Source: Myxococcota bacterium
GTDB lineage: Bacteria > Myxococcota_A > UBA9160 > PR03
Assembly: GCA_041611735.1 (NCBI GenBank)
Contig: JBFIML010000018.1
Location: 2,353-66,352, forward strand
DNA length: 64,000 nucleotides
Direction: 5' to 3'
In this document: piece after piece, positions 16,856 to 26,141 of the stretch
Layout of the letters: each line of letters begins with the position of its first letter
How positions within the stretch are numbered: the stretch's first letter is position 1
Translations under genes and position numbers: made by a program
The notes under the pieces: model-generated
Seen by the model: the letters and a program-made list of their open reading frames with translations, nothing else
Told to the model about the DNA's origin: nothing
Database searches by the model: none

Positions 16856-17983
16856 ATGGGCGAGCAGACGGTCCTCTTCGTCGACGACGAGGTCAACATC
16901 CTGAAGGCGCTCCAGCGCCTGCTGCGGCACGAGCGCTGGACGGTGCTCGGGGCCACCAGCGGCCCCCAGGCCCTGGAGGTGCTGGCGCGCACCCCCGCCC
17001 AGGTGGTGGTCTCGGACCAGCGCATGCCCCAGATGAGCGGCGTCGATCTGCTGGCGGCCGTTCGCGAGCGCCACCACGACGCCGTGCGCATGATGCTGAC
17101 CGGCTACACCGAGATGAACGTGGCCGTGGACGCCATCAACCGGGGCGAGATCTTCCGGCTCATCACCAAGCCCTGGAACGACGACGAGCTCAAGGCCACC
17201 CTGCGGCAGGCCTTCGACCACTACGAGTTGAAGCGCGAGATCCGCCGCCTGAACCGCATCACCCGCGAGCAGAACTTCAAGCTCCAGGACATGAACCGGA
17301 ACCTGGAGCAGAAGGTCCAGGAGCGCACGGAGGAACTCGCTGGTCGCAACCGCGACCTGCGCACGGCCTACGTGCAGACGATCCGTGCCCTGGCCGAGGC
17401 CATCGACGCCAAGGACCTCTACACGCGCGGCCACTCGGAACGCGTCGGGGTGTACGCCTGCAAGCTGGCCCGCGAGCTGGGCCTGGCCCGGGAGCTGATC
17501 GAGCGCATCTACTTCGCCGGGCTGCTGCACGACGTGGGCAAGATCGGCATCCCCGACCACATCATCGCCAAGCCCGGTCGCCTGACGGCGGACGAGTACG
17601 CGGAGATCAAGCGACACCCGGAGATCGGAGCCCGCATCCTGGAGCCGGTCTCGTTCCTGGAGGACGTGGTGCCCTGCGTGCGGCACCACCACGAGTGGTA
17701 CGACGGATCGGAACGAGGCTACCCGAAGCAGCTGCGGGCCGAGCAGATCCCCTTCCCCTCCCGCGTGATCCTGGTGGCCGACACCTTCGACGCCATGACC
17801 ACGGACCGTCCCTACCGCAAGGCGTTGCCCCTGGAGAGCGTGGTGGCGGAGTTGCACAAGTTCTCCGGCAGCCAGTTCGACCCGCGCTGCGTCGACGCCT
17901 TCCTGCACCTGCTCGACGCCGAGGGCGAGGAGCTGCTCCACGTGGAGCATGGCTTCGACGTCTACGCGTTCCTCGAGCTGTGA
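16856..17983 (+). CDS. response regulator with HD-GYP phosphodiesterase output domain (RpfG family)
   Basis: I start at the internal ATG 16856, which has GGAGG upstream. The receiver domain shows VLFVDDE, VVSDQRMPQMSG and ITKPW. The HD-GYP domain shows HSERV, LLHDVGKIGIPD and HHEWYDGSERGYP. Confidence 0.9.
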   Translation: MGEQTVLFVDDEVNILKALQRLLRHERWTVLGATSGPQALEVLARTPAQVVVSDQRMPQMSGVDLLAAVRERHHDAVRMMLTGYTEMNVAVDAINRGEIFRLITKPWNDDELKATLRQAFDHYELKREIRRLNRITREQNFKLQDMNRNLEQKVQERTEELAGRNRDLRTAYVQTIRALAEAIDAKDLYTRGHSERVGVYACKLARELGLARELIERIYFAGLLHDVGKIGIPDHIIAKPGRLTADEYAEIKRHPEIGARILEPVSFLEDVVPCVRHHHEWYDGSERGYPKQLRAEQIPFPSRVILVADTFDAMTTDRPYRKALPLESVVAELHKFSGSQFDPRCVDAFLHLLDAEGEELLHVEHGFDVYAFLEL

Positions 17984-17988
17984 CCCCC

Positions 17989-18990
17989 ATGAAGCGACCC
18001 TCCGCGTCCGATGCGACCCGGCACCTGGACTCCCTGCGTGCGGAGCTCGACCAGGGGCTCGCCGCGGACCCGGAGGCGCTGCTGCATCCGGCGTTCCTGG
18101 GCGTCCTGCACCGGGAGCTGCGCGAGCGCCTGGGCCCCGCGGACGCGGAGGCGGTCCTGATGCGGGCAGGCTTCTTCCATGGCCTGCGCGACGCGCTGCG
18201 GACCCTGCGCAGCCAGGCCGCCCAGCCCGGCTGCGCCGCGCCGCCGCCCGCTCCCCTGCTGGCCATGGCCCTGGCGCCCGCACCCCCGGGACTCGAGGCC
18301 CTGGCCGCCCGGGGCTGCTGGCCCGAGGCGAGCGAGGCGCGGGCCCTGGAGGCCCTGGAGACGCCGCCCCGCGAGCCCGCCTGCCTGCTGAGCTGCGGCT
18401 ATACCTCCGGCTGGCTCTCCGGGCTGTGGGACGCGGAGGTGCTCGCCCTGGAGGAGAGCTGCGTGGCCTGCGGCTCCGTCAGCTGCCGCTTCGTGGCCCG
18501 GGAGGCCGAGGTGTGGCGCGCGGCACCCGATCGCCGGGCTGCGCGGATGCTGGACATGCTGCCCTTCGACGCGCTCTGGAAGCTCGCCCAGGCCAGCCTG
18601 CCGGAGCCGGACGAGAGCGGCGCCGCGATCGACCGGGACAGCCCCGCCGTGCACGTGTGGGGCCCGGTCATGGTCGTCCCCTATGCGGGGCTCGAGACGG
18701 TGGCCGCCGTGGAGGCCGTGGCCCGCGACCCCGCCGGCCGGGAAGTGTGCGTGGTGGTCGTCGATCTGGCGGGAGCCATCCTCGACGAAGGCTTCGGCGC
18801 CGTGGCCCTCGACCGCACCCTGGAAGCGATCGAGGCCTGGGGCGCGGAGGCGCTGCTGACGGGCGTCTCCCCCCTTGCCGAGAGCGTGCTGGCCGACTTG
18901 GACCGGGCGCGCCTCGTCCTTCGCAAGGACCTGCCCGACGCGGTGGCGGCGGCCTTCCAGATCGCCGACGCCCGCCGGCACCCGGCGTGA
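17989..18990 (+). CDS. V4R-domain plus STAS-domain protein
   Basis: ATG 17989 lies 5 nt after the regulator stop. The V4R-like segment is CLLSCGYTSGWLSGLWDAEVLALEESCVACGSVSCRFV. The C-terminal STAS-like segment is VMVVPYAGLETV...VCVVVVDLAGAILDEGF...LLTGVSPLAESVL. Confidence 0.7.
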   Translation: MKRPSASDATRHLDSLRAELDQGLAADPEALLHPAFLGVLHRELRERLGPADAEAVLMRAGFFHGLRDALRTLRSQAAQPGCAAPPPAPLLAMALAPAPPGLEALAARGCWPEASEARALEALETPPREPACLLSCGYTSGWLSGLWDAEVLALEESCVACGSVSCRFVAREAEVWRAAPDRRAARMLDMLPFDALWKLAQASLPEPDESGAAIDRDSPAVHVWGPVMVVPYAGLETVAAVEAVARDPAGREVCVVVVDLAGAILDEGFGAVALDRTLEAIEAWGAEALLTGVSPLAESVLADLDRARLVLRKDLPDAVAAAFQIADARRHPA

Positions 18991-19043
18991 GCCGCACCGG
19001 GGGCGCAGTCAAGTCGTCCGCTCCACGACCCGAAACCCGGGGG

Positions 19044-20552
19044 ATGGAGAACCTGCCGGACCGGGGGGGCCTCGAGGCGCTTCCCCTGCCCCGCCTGCTG
19101 CTGGCCCTGCAGTGGCGACGCTTCGGGGGTCGGCTCACCCTGAGCCGCGACCGCATCGTGAAGCAGCTCACCTGGCGCGATGGTGCGCCGGTGCTGGCCG
19201 ACTCGAGCCGCGCCAGCGAGGGCCTGGCGGCACGCCTGCGCGACAGCGGCCGCCTGGCCCCCGAGCAGGCCGCGCAGGTGACGGAGCACGCCCGCCAGCG
19301 CAAGGTCCGCCAGGAGGCGGCCCTGCTGGAGCTCAAGCTGTTGGCGCCCAAGGAGCTGCTGGCGGCGCTCCGCGAGCAGGTGCGGCACCTGCTGCTCGAG
19401 TGCTTCGCCTGGTCGGGCGGAAGCTACGCGCTCGAGCCCGAGGAGGCCGGGGCGGAGGCGGCGGCACTGCTGCGGGTGGATCCGCTCGGCCTGGTCCGGG
19501 AGGGGCTCGAGACGCGCTGGAGCCCGGAGCGGCTGCTGGCGGGTCTCGCTCCGCAGCTCGGCCGCTACCCCGTCCCCGTCCCGGCTTGCGAGCGCGAGCT
19601 CAAACGGCTGGCCTGCGATCCGGGTGCCCGGGCGCTCCTCGACGCCCTCGACGGCCGTCGCACCCTGGACGAGGCGATCCGGGCCGCCGGCGGCCCGAGC
19701 GGTCTGGCCGCTGCCTGGCTCCTGGATGCCGCGGGAGTGCTGGCGTACCACGACGAGCCCGCAGCGCCGCCCGCCGCTCCCGAGGCCGGCGAGGAGCGCA
19801 GCGTGGCAGCGCAGGAGCTCGAGATCGTGGTCTCGGGCGCCGGCGCGGCTCCCGCCACTGTGCCCGACGATCGGGATCTCGCGCGCCGGCCGGCCGCCTC
19901 CGACGCGAAGACGTCCGAGGCGGAGACCCTGCGACGCCAGATCGAGGAGAAGATCGCCCGGCTCGACGAGCTCGACCACTACGGCGTTCTCGGGATCGCG
20001 CGTGACGCCAAGCCCGCTCAGGTGAAGCGCGCCTACTTCACCGCCGCCAAGCACTTCCACCCGGACGCCCTGGGTCGGCTGGGCCTCGACGAGCTGCGCC
20101 CCCAGGCGAGCGAGGTCTTCGCGCGCATGGCGAAGGCCTACGAGGTGCTCTCGGACTTCGAGCGCCGGCGCGACTACGACGGGTCCCTGGGCGGCGACGA
20201 CGATGCGGACGCGGCGCGGCTGGTGCAGGCGGAGACCATGTTCCGCAAGGGCGAGGTGCTGCTGCGGGCCGGGAACTTCCGCGGCGCCCTGGAGTTCCTG
20301 GGGCCGGCGGTCCAGCTCTGGCCCGACGATGCCGCCTACGCCGGGAGCTTCGGCTGGGCGCTCTACAAGGCCGATGCGACGCAGGCCAAGCAGGCCCTGC
20401 CCCACCTGGAGCGCGCCGTGCAGCTCGCACCCGAGGAGGCCGTAGGGCACCAGCGGCTCGGCGTGGTGCTGCGCGCTCTCGACCGCACGGAGGAGGCGGA
20501 GCGCGCCTTCGCTCGCGCCCGCCAGCTCGGTCCGAAGAAGGGCCAGGCCTGA
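19044..20552 (+). CDS. DUF4388-like N-domain / J-domain (DnaJ) / TPR protein
   Basis: The start MENLPDRGGLEALPLPRLLLALQWRRFGGRLTL is DUF4388-like. The J-domain reads DHYGVLGIARDAKPAQVKRAYFTAAKHFHPD...YEVLSDFERRRDYD and contains the HPD motif. The C-terminal region is TPR-like. Confidence 0.8.
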   Translation: MENLPDRGGLEALPLPRLLLALQWRRFGGRLTLSRDRIVKQLTWRDGAPVLADSSRASEGLAARLRDSGRLAPEQAAQVTEHARQRKVRQEAALLELKLLAPKELLAALREQVRHLLLECFAWSGGSYALEPEEAGAEAAALLRVDPLGLVREGLETRWSPERLLAGLAPQLGRYPVPVPACERELKRLACDPGARALLDALDGRRTLDEAIRAAGGPSGLAAAWLLDAAGVLAYHDEPAAPPAAPEAGEERSVAAQELEIVVSGAGAAPATVPDDRDLARRPAASDAKTSEAETLRRQIEEKIARLDELDHYGVLGIARDAKPAQVKRAYFTAAKHFHPDALGRLGLDELRPQASEVFARMAKAYEVLSDFERRRDYDGSLGGDDDADAARLVQAETMFRKGEVLLRAGNFRGALEFLGPAVQLWPDDAAYAGSFGWALYKADATQAKQALPHLERAVQLAPEEAVGHQRLGVVLRALDRTEEAERAFARARQLGPKKGQA

Positions 20553-20559
20553 CCCAGGA

Positions 20560-21552
20560 CTAGGGACGCAGATCGCGGCTGCGGGGCAGCGCGTTGCGCG
20601 TGCGTGGCTCGGGCACCACCAGCAGCCGGCCCGGCCGGCGCAGCACGTCCTCCAGGTTGAGCACCTGCAGGCCGTACTCGAGCCCGCGGGCGTCGCGCCA
20701 GAAGACGCGCGCCGCCCGGTCGCCGACCCGGACGAAGGGGCCGTCCAGGGCGTTCTTCCGGCCCAGCTCCGCCATGCGGTCCGTCAGGTCGGTGCGCCAC
20801 ATCTCCACCGGGGCGCGTCGCAGCACCGCCCCGCTCGGCACGGCGTACAGGGCGCGCAGGTGGGGATCCGCCCAGGGCTCCCCGGCGAGCACGCGTTCGC
20901 CGAGGACGCGGATCGCCCGGGGCGAGCTGGCGAGCGCGCTGGTCTCCGTCCACACGTGCCCCTGGAAGCCGAGCGCGTGGCCGATCTCGTGCAGGGCGGC
21001 CCCCGCCAGCTCGGCGGGGGCCAGGGCGCGGTCGACCAGGTCGGGGGGGGTGCGACGGGCGAGCCGCACGGACGCGGAGACCAGCTCCGCCGGGAGCTGC
21101 TCGGAATGGGCCTGGGAGGGGGCGCCGAGGCGGCAGTCGGCCACGGTGTTGCCGGAGCCCGTGCCCGTGGCCGTGGACACGGGTCCGTCGCTGAGCTCGA
21201 GGACCAGCGAAGCCTGCTGCGGCTGCACCTGGAGGAAGCGCACCCCGAGGCCGGCTCCCTCCCAGGCGCGCAGCGCCGCCTGGAGGGCGCGCCGCTCCTC
21301 CGGCTCCGCGTCCAGGGGCAGCGACACCGGGAGCGGGGCCGCGGTGGTCCAGCGACACAGGAACAGGATCAGCGTGCCGTGGGACGGCAGCAGGTAGGGC
21401 GTGATCGCCCCCAGCCGACCCGGGCCGGCCTCGCGCAGGGCCGGATGGCGGAGCGCCAGGTCCTCCGGGTCCCAGGCGCGTCCCGCGCAGCCCGCCGCCA
21501 CCAGACCGAGGGCGGCGGCCAGGGCGACCCGCCGGCGCGCGCGCCGGCTCAA
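20560..21552 (-). CDS. lipoprotein zinc metalloprotease (HExxHxxGxxH, metzincin-like)
   Basis: The start is TTG. The signal/lipobox is MSRRARRRVALAAALGLVAAGC. The zinc motif is AALHEIGHALGFQGH. Confidence 0.75.
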   Translation of the reverse strand: MSRRARRRVALAAALGLVAAGCAGRAWDPEDLALRHPALREAGPGRLGAITPYLLPSHGTLILFLCRWTTAAPLPVSLPLDAEPEERRALQAALRAWEGAGLGVRFLQVQPQQASLVLELSDGPVSTATGTGSGNTVADCRLGAPSQAHSEQLPAELVSASVRLARRTPPDLVDRALAPAELAGAALHEIGHALGFQGHVWTETSALASSPRAIRVLGERVLAGEPWADPHLRALYAVPSGAVLRRAPVEMWRTDLTDRMAELGRKNALDGPFVRVGDRAARVFWRDARGLEYGLQVLNLEDVLRRPGRLLVVPEPRTRNALPRSRDLRP

Positions 21553-21838
21553 ACGGGAACCACGCCCCGTTTGCGCCAGGGCCGCTCCACGCGCTTGACG
21601 GCGCAGCGCTCCAGCGCCCGCACCTCGCGCGGATCGATCCCGTCGTCGATCATGCCCCGGATGGCCGGACGTACGGATGGGTTCCCCTCCGGATCTGCTC
21701 GGCCGCCTGGGCGATGAAGCGCTTGCACGCGTCCTCGATCTCGCCCGGCTTCTTCTGCGCGAAGATGGAGACCATGCCCTCGGGCCCCATCACCGCGATC
21801 TCGGCGGTCGAGACCCTCGGTTCGCGCAGCGTGGCCAT
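21549..21838 (-). pseudogene. remnant of an acyl-CoA carboxylase carboxyltransferase (beta) subunit C-terminus, frameshifted
   Basis: One frame reads MATLREPRVSTAEIAVMGPEGMVSIFAQKK...AQAAEQIR. The next frame reads GNPSVRPAIRGMIDDGIDPREVRALERCAVKRVERPWRKRGVVPV*, matching the ...AEIAVMG...GxIDxVIDPRxTR...KKHGNIPL pattern. An in-frame stop lies 12 codons upstream of the ATG. Confidence 0.6.
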
Positions 21839-21871
21839 GGCTTCCTCTTCGCTGGCTCGGGGAGGCGGAGT

Positions 21872-23041
21872 CTAACCCACTCCCGCCCCGCCCCGACCGG
21901 GGCGATCCCAGACAGCGAACACCAGGGCGCCCACCACCACGAGGCCCGCCGCGCTGCGGAACATGGTCCCGTAGCCGCCGAGGCGGATCAGGGCGCCGAG
22001 CAGCGGGCCTCCCACCAGGAGACCGGCGTCGAAGAGCGCCGTGTAGAGGGAGAGCGCCGCCCCCCGCTCGCTCTCCCGGGCCCGGGACACCACCAACGCG
22101 TACAGGATCGGGAAGGTGTAGCCGTGGCCGGCGCCGCACAGGATTCCGGCGCTGACCACGTCTGCGGTGCCGGTGGCGCCGGCCAGGCGCCAGAGCCCCA
22201 GGGCCAGCAGGGCCAGGGCCGGGAACAGCACCCGCTTCGGTCCGACCCGGTCCGGGATGCGGGCGAAGAGCACGCGCAGCACGATGGCGGTGCCCGAATA
22301 GGCGCCGAGAAACAGCCCGAGGGTGGCGATCCCGGTCTCTTCGACGAAGAGCTTCACGAAGGTGAGGGCCGCGGCCAGCGCCACCGAGAAGACGCCGGCC
22401 AGCAGCCACAGAGGCAGCAGATCACGCTGCGTGGCGGCCGCTGCAAAGCCCCTCGGCGGCGGGCCGGCTGGGCCCCCCCGGCGCTCCACCGGGAGCGCCA
22501 GCGAGAGTGCGACGCTCAGCGCCGCGAAGCCGACCGAGGTGGCGAACAGCTCGCGGTAGCCGCCCGACGCCAGGATCGCGTCGCCCAGTAGCCCGCCCAG
22601 GCCGATGGGCAGCATTCCCGAGACGCCGAACAGCGCCAGCCCCTCCGTGCGTCGGGAGGCCGGCACGAGGTCCGCGGCATAGGTGAAGAAGCCCGTGAAG
22701 AGCGCGGCCTCGGCGAGCCCGTGGCCGATGCGGACCGCATAGATCCAGGGCCCCACCGCGTGGACGGTCAGGTAGAGGGCGCAGACGAGCGTGTGCAGGA
22801 CGCCGCCCACCAGGATCACGCCCCGGCGGCCGCTGCGGTCCATGGTGCGCCCGAGCAGCGGGCGCAGCGCGATCGCCGCCGGCGCGTACACGCCGAACAG
22901 CAGCCCGATCTCCGCCTCGTGGGTGCCGAGCGCCTTCAGGAAGCCCGGCAGGTGGAAGTAGAGGCTGAAGGCGACGCCCTGGGCCAGGTTCGCCAGGGCA
23001 CACAGCACGAAGGCGCGGGTCGCGAGGGGCTCCCGAGGCAC
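21872..23041 (-). CDS. MFS transporter
   Basis: The product is 389 aa with about 12 hydrophobic helices. An MFS loop motif GRTMDRSGRRGVIL lies between TM2 and TM3. Confidence 0.85.
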   Translation of the reverse strand: MPREPLATRAFVLCALANLAQGVAFSLYFHLPGFLKALGTHEAEIGLLFGVYAPAAIALRPLLGRTMDRSGRRGVILVGGVLHTLVCALYLTVHAVGPWIYAVRIGHGLAEAALFTGFFTYAADLVPASRRTEGLALFGVSGMLPIGLGGLLGDAILASGGYRELFATSVGFAALSVALSLALPVERRGGPAGPPPRGFAAAATQRDLLPLWLLAGVFSVALAAALTFVKLFVEETGIATLGLFLGAYSGTAIVLRVLFARIPDRVGPKRVLFPALALLALGLWRLAGATGTADVVSAGILCGAGHGYTFPILYALVVSRARESERGAALSLYTALFDAGLLVGGPLLGALIRLGGYGTMFRSAAGLVVVGALVFAVWDRPGRGGAGVG

Positions 23042-23105
23042 GGCAGCGCGATTCTACCGGGAGCCCCGCTTCCCCTACACTGCGCGCGACGAACCGGAGG
23101 ACGCC

Positions 23106-24332
23106 ATGGCCATCGATTTCACCCTGCCGCCCGAGGTGCGCGAGATCCGCGAACGGGTGCACGCGTTCCTGGAGCAGGAAGTGGCGCCCAGCGAGGCCCG
23201 CCTGGAGGCGGCAGGCGACCTGCGCGCCTGGCGGCCGGCCCTGGGCGAGCTGCGCGAGAAGGCGCGCGCGGCGGGCCTGTGGGCGCCCCACATGCCCCGG
23301 GAGTGGGGCGGGATGGGCCTCGGGCCCCTGGCCATGGCCTTCGTCTCGGCCGAGTGCGGCCGCACCCGCTTCGGCGCCTACGTGCTGAACTGCCACGCAC
23401 CCGACGAGGGCAACATGCACACGCTGCTCCACTGGGGCACCCCCGAGCAGAAGGAGTGCTACCTGCGCCCGCTCGTGGACGGCGAGTGTCGCTCCTGCTT
23501 CGCGCTGACCGAGCCCGAGGTGGCCGGCTCCGATCCGACCGGCATCCGCACGCGCGCCGAGCACGACGCTGACGGCTGGGTCCTGAACGGGCACAAGTGG
23601 TTCATCTCCGGGGCGCGCGGCGCCCGCTTCGCCATCGTGGTGGCCTGCACCGATCCCGACGCGGACCCGCCCCAGGCGCGCAACTCGGCCTTCCTGGTCG
23701 AGTGCGAGACGCCCGGCTTCCGCATCGTGCGCGACATCGAGACCCTGGCAGGACGCGGCAATCACTGCGAGATCGCCCTGGAGGACGTGCGTGTGTCCGC
23801 GTCGGCCCTGCTGGGCGGCCGCGGCAACGGGCACCGGCTCGGCCAGGCCCGCCTGGGCCCCGCCCGGCTGGCCCACTGCATGCGCTGGATCGGCAACGCC
23901 GAGCGCGCCTTCGAGATGCTGGTGCGCCGGGCACTCGAGCGGCCCCTCCACGGGGGCGTGCTCGCCGACAAGCAGGGCATCCAGTGGATGGCGGCTCGCT
24001 GCGCCCTCGAGCTCTACCAGGCCCGGCTCATGGTCCTGCACGCGGCGTGGCTGATCGAGACGGGACGCGAGTTCCGCCAGGAGGTCTCCATGTGCAAGTA
24101 CCACGTGGCGAACACGCTGTGGCAGATCGTGGACCGGGCGCTGCAGGTGCACGGCGCCCTCGGCTATTCCACCGACACGGACCTCGCCGACATGCTGAAG
24201 CACGCCCGCTCGGCGCGCCTGGTGGACGGTGCCGACGAGGTCCATCTCACGCGCATCGCCGAGAACGTGTTCCAGGCCCTGCAGGAGACGGGATCGCTGC
24301 AGCGCGCCACGGGCGGCGAGCTGCTCCTGTAG
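23106..24332 (+). CDS. acyl-CoA dehydrogenase family protein
   Basis: Diagnostic segments are CFALTEPEVAGSDPTGIRTRAE, GWVLNGHKWFISGA and a C-terminal helical domain ...QVHGALGYS...ARLVDGADEVH. Confidence 0.9.
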   Translation: MAIDFTLPPEVREIRERVHAFLEQEVAPSEARLEAAGDLRAWRPALGELREKARAAGLWAPHMPREWGGMGLGPLAMAFVSAECGRTRFGAYVLNCHAPDEGNMHTLLHWGTPEQKECYLRPLVDGECRSCFALTEPEVAGSDPTGIRTRAEHDADGWVLNGHKWFISGARGARFAIVVACTDPDADPPQARNSAFLVECETPGFRIVRDIETLAGRGNHCEIALEDVRVSASALLGGRGNGHRLGQARLGPARLAHCMRWIGNAERAFEMLVRRALERPLHGGVLADKQGIQWMAARCALELYQARLMVLHAAWLIETGREFRQEVSMCKYHVANTLWQIVDRALQVHGALGYSTDTDLADMLKHARSARLVDGADEVHLTRIAENVFQALQETGSLQRATGGELLL

Positions 24333-24353
24333 CGCCCGGGCGAGCGATGCGGG

Positions 24354-25460
24354 TCAGGAGCGGCGCGCGGCGGCCAGGCGGAACAGGGCCTCGGCGCCCG
24401 CGCCCATGCCGGCGAAGCGGGCGTCCCGGGTCTGGCCGCGGTGGTAGCGCACGTAGATCTGCTGCAGCACTACCGCCATCTTGAAGGTGCCGAAGACCAC
24501 ATAGTAGGCCACCTCGTCCAGGCTCCGCCCGCTGCGCTCGCCGTAGCGCCGCAGGGCCTGCTCGCGGCGCAGGAAGCCGGGCGTGCCGGTGGGCATGGGG
24601 TTCAGGGTGGCGGGCACCTCGTCCGGGTCGTACCAGACGGACATGAGCGTCCCCACGTCCGCCAAAGGGTCGCCGCGGGTGCACATGTCCCAGTCGTAGA
24701 CGGCCACGCAGCGGCCGGGGTCGTCCGCCGCCACCGCCATGTTGTCCAGACGCCAGTCGTTGTGGAGCAGGGTGGCCGGGGGGGAGGCCGGCAGCTGGTC
24801 CGCCAGCCAGCCTGCCAGCTCGTCCGCCACGGGGTTGTCTTCCACCTTGGCCCGCTCCCAGCGCTCGCTCCAGCCGCGCACCTGCCGCTCCAGGAAGCCG
24901 TCCGGCCGGCCGAGATCGTCGAGTCCGGCCTGCTTCGCGTCGGCGGCGTGCAGCTCGGCCAGGGTGTCGATCACCACCTCGGAGAGCTTGCGGTTCGCCA
25001 CGGGATCGCCGCCGCCACCGAAACACTCCGGCACCTGGCCGCGCACCACCACGCCGCGGCGGCGCTCCATGACGAAGAAGGGCGCCCCGATCAGTGCGGG
25101 GTCGTTGCAGTGGAGATGGGCGCGCGGCGCCAGCGGAAAGACCTTCCAGAGCCGCGAGAGGACCCGATGCTCCCGCTCCATGTCGTGGGAGCGCGGCGCG
25201 ACGGGTCCGAGGGGCGGGCGCCGCAGCACGTACTCGATGGCGCGATCCCCGGCCCCGTAGCGGAGCAGGTAGGTGAGGTTCGCGTGCCCGCCCGCGAACT
25301 GCTCCACGTGGAGCGGGCCCTCGGCGCCCGGCAGCCGGCCCCGCAGCCAGGCGGCCAGCGCCGCCTCGTCGAAGCGCTCCTCCGCCCGCACCGGGATGAC
25401 CTCGCTCGCGGCCTGCTCGGGCCGGCTCCCCGTCACCCGCGCCCTCCTCGTTCCCGGCAT
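24354..25460 (-). CDS. APH/ChoK-like phosphotransferase family protein (ACAD10/11 N-domain-like)
   Basis: Diagnostic segments are FAGGHANLTYLL, LLHNDWRLDNMAV (Brenner-type HxDxxxxN), VYDWDMCTRGDPLADVG and a C-terminal YYVVFGTFKMAVVLQQIYVRY. Confidence 0.8.
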   Translation of the reverse strand: MPGTRRARVTGSRPEQAASEVIPVRAEERFDEAALAAWLRGRLPGAEGPLHVEQFAGGHANLTYLLRYGAGDRAIEYVLRRPPLGPVAPRSHDMEREHRVLSRLWKVFPLAPRAHLHCNDPALIGAPFFVMERRRGVVVRGQVPECFGGGGDPVANRKLSEVVIDTLAELHAADAKQAGLDDLGRPDGFLERQVRGWSERWERAKVEDNPVADELAGWLADQLPASPPATLLHNDWRLDNMAVAADDPGRCVAVYDWDMCTRGDPLADVGTLMSVWYDPDEVPATLNPMPTGTPGFLRREQALRRYGERSGRSLDEVAYYVVFGTFKMAVVLQQIYVRYHRGQTRDARFAGMGAGAEALFRLAAARRS

Positions 25461-25484
25461 GCTATCACGCCGCCCCGCGGACCC

Positions 25485-26102
25485 TCACGCGCGCTCCCGT
25501 GCGGCAACCGGGGCTCCGTCCGCCAGGGCGGCGTGCAGCAGGCGGCGCATGCGCTGCGTATGGGAGCCTTCCCAGTAGACGCGCCGGCAGTCCGGGCAGC
25601 GCGCGAAGCGCTGCTGCTCCGCCACGACGCGGGCGGGCAGGAGCTCGCGGACGGCGTCGAGGGTCGCGGGCTCCAGCAGTGCGTTGCAGAGCGTGCAGCG
25701 CGTGAAGAGGCGGCGCTGGGGATCGAGGGGCAGGCGCGTGCCGAGCTCGCTTAGCTGCGCGAGGGGCGTATTCGCCTGTAGCACGATCACCGCGTCGATC
25801 CACCACTCCTGGGGCAGGCGGCGGTCGCGGGTCAACAGGACGCGCCCTTCCCGGACCGCCCGCTGCACCACCTGCGGGTCGTCGGCCCCGGCGTCGTAGG
25901 CGGTGTCGTAGCCCAGCACGCGCAGCCAGCGCGCCAGGCGCCCCAGCATGGCGTCGGCCACGAAGCGCGGCTCCGGGCCCGCGGCGAAGGCCCGATGGAG
26001 CGCGCACCCGACCCGCTCACCACAGGCGCACGAGAGGGTGCGTCCGAACTGGAACAGGGCCACGTCGTAGCCGCGCCCGCAGCGCGGACAGCTCACCGAC
26101 AT
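25485..26102 (-). CDS. Mut7-C RNase-domain (PIN-like, DUF82) protein with zinc ribbons
   Basis: The true ATG is at comp. 26100-26102. The N-terminus is MSVSCPRCGRGYDV...CACG. The body has FVADAMLGRLARWLRVLGYDT and LLTRDRRL. The C-terminus is RCTLCNALL...RCPDCRRVYWEGSH. Confidence 0.75.
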   Translation of the reverse strand: MSVSCPRCGRGYDVALFQFGRTLSCACGERVGCALHRAFAAGPEPRFVADAMLGRLARWLRVLGYDTAYDAGADDPQVVQRAVREGRVLLTRDRRLPQEWWIDAVIVLQANTPLAQLSELGTRLPLDPQRRLFTRCTLCNALLEPATLDAVRELLPARVVAEQQRFARCPDCRRVYWEGSHTQRMRRLLHAALADGAPVAARERA

Positions 26103-26141
26103 CCGGCGTCGCCTCCACGACGAAGGTACCCTCTCGGCCCG

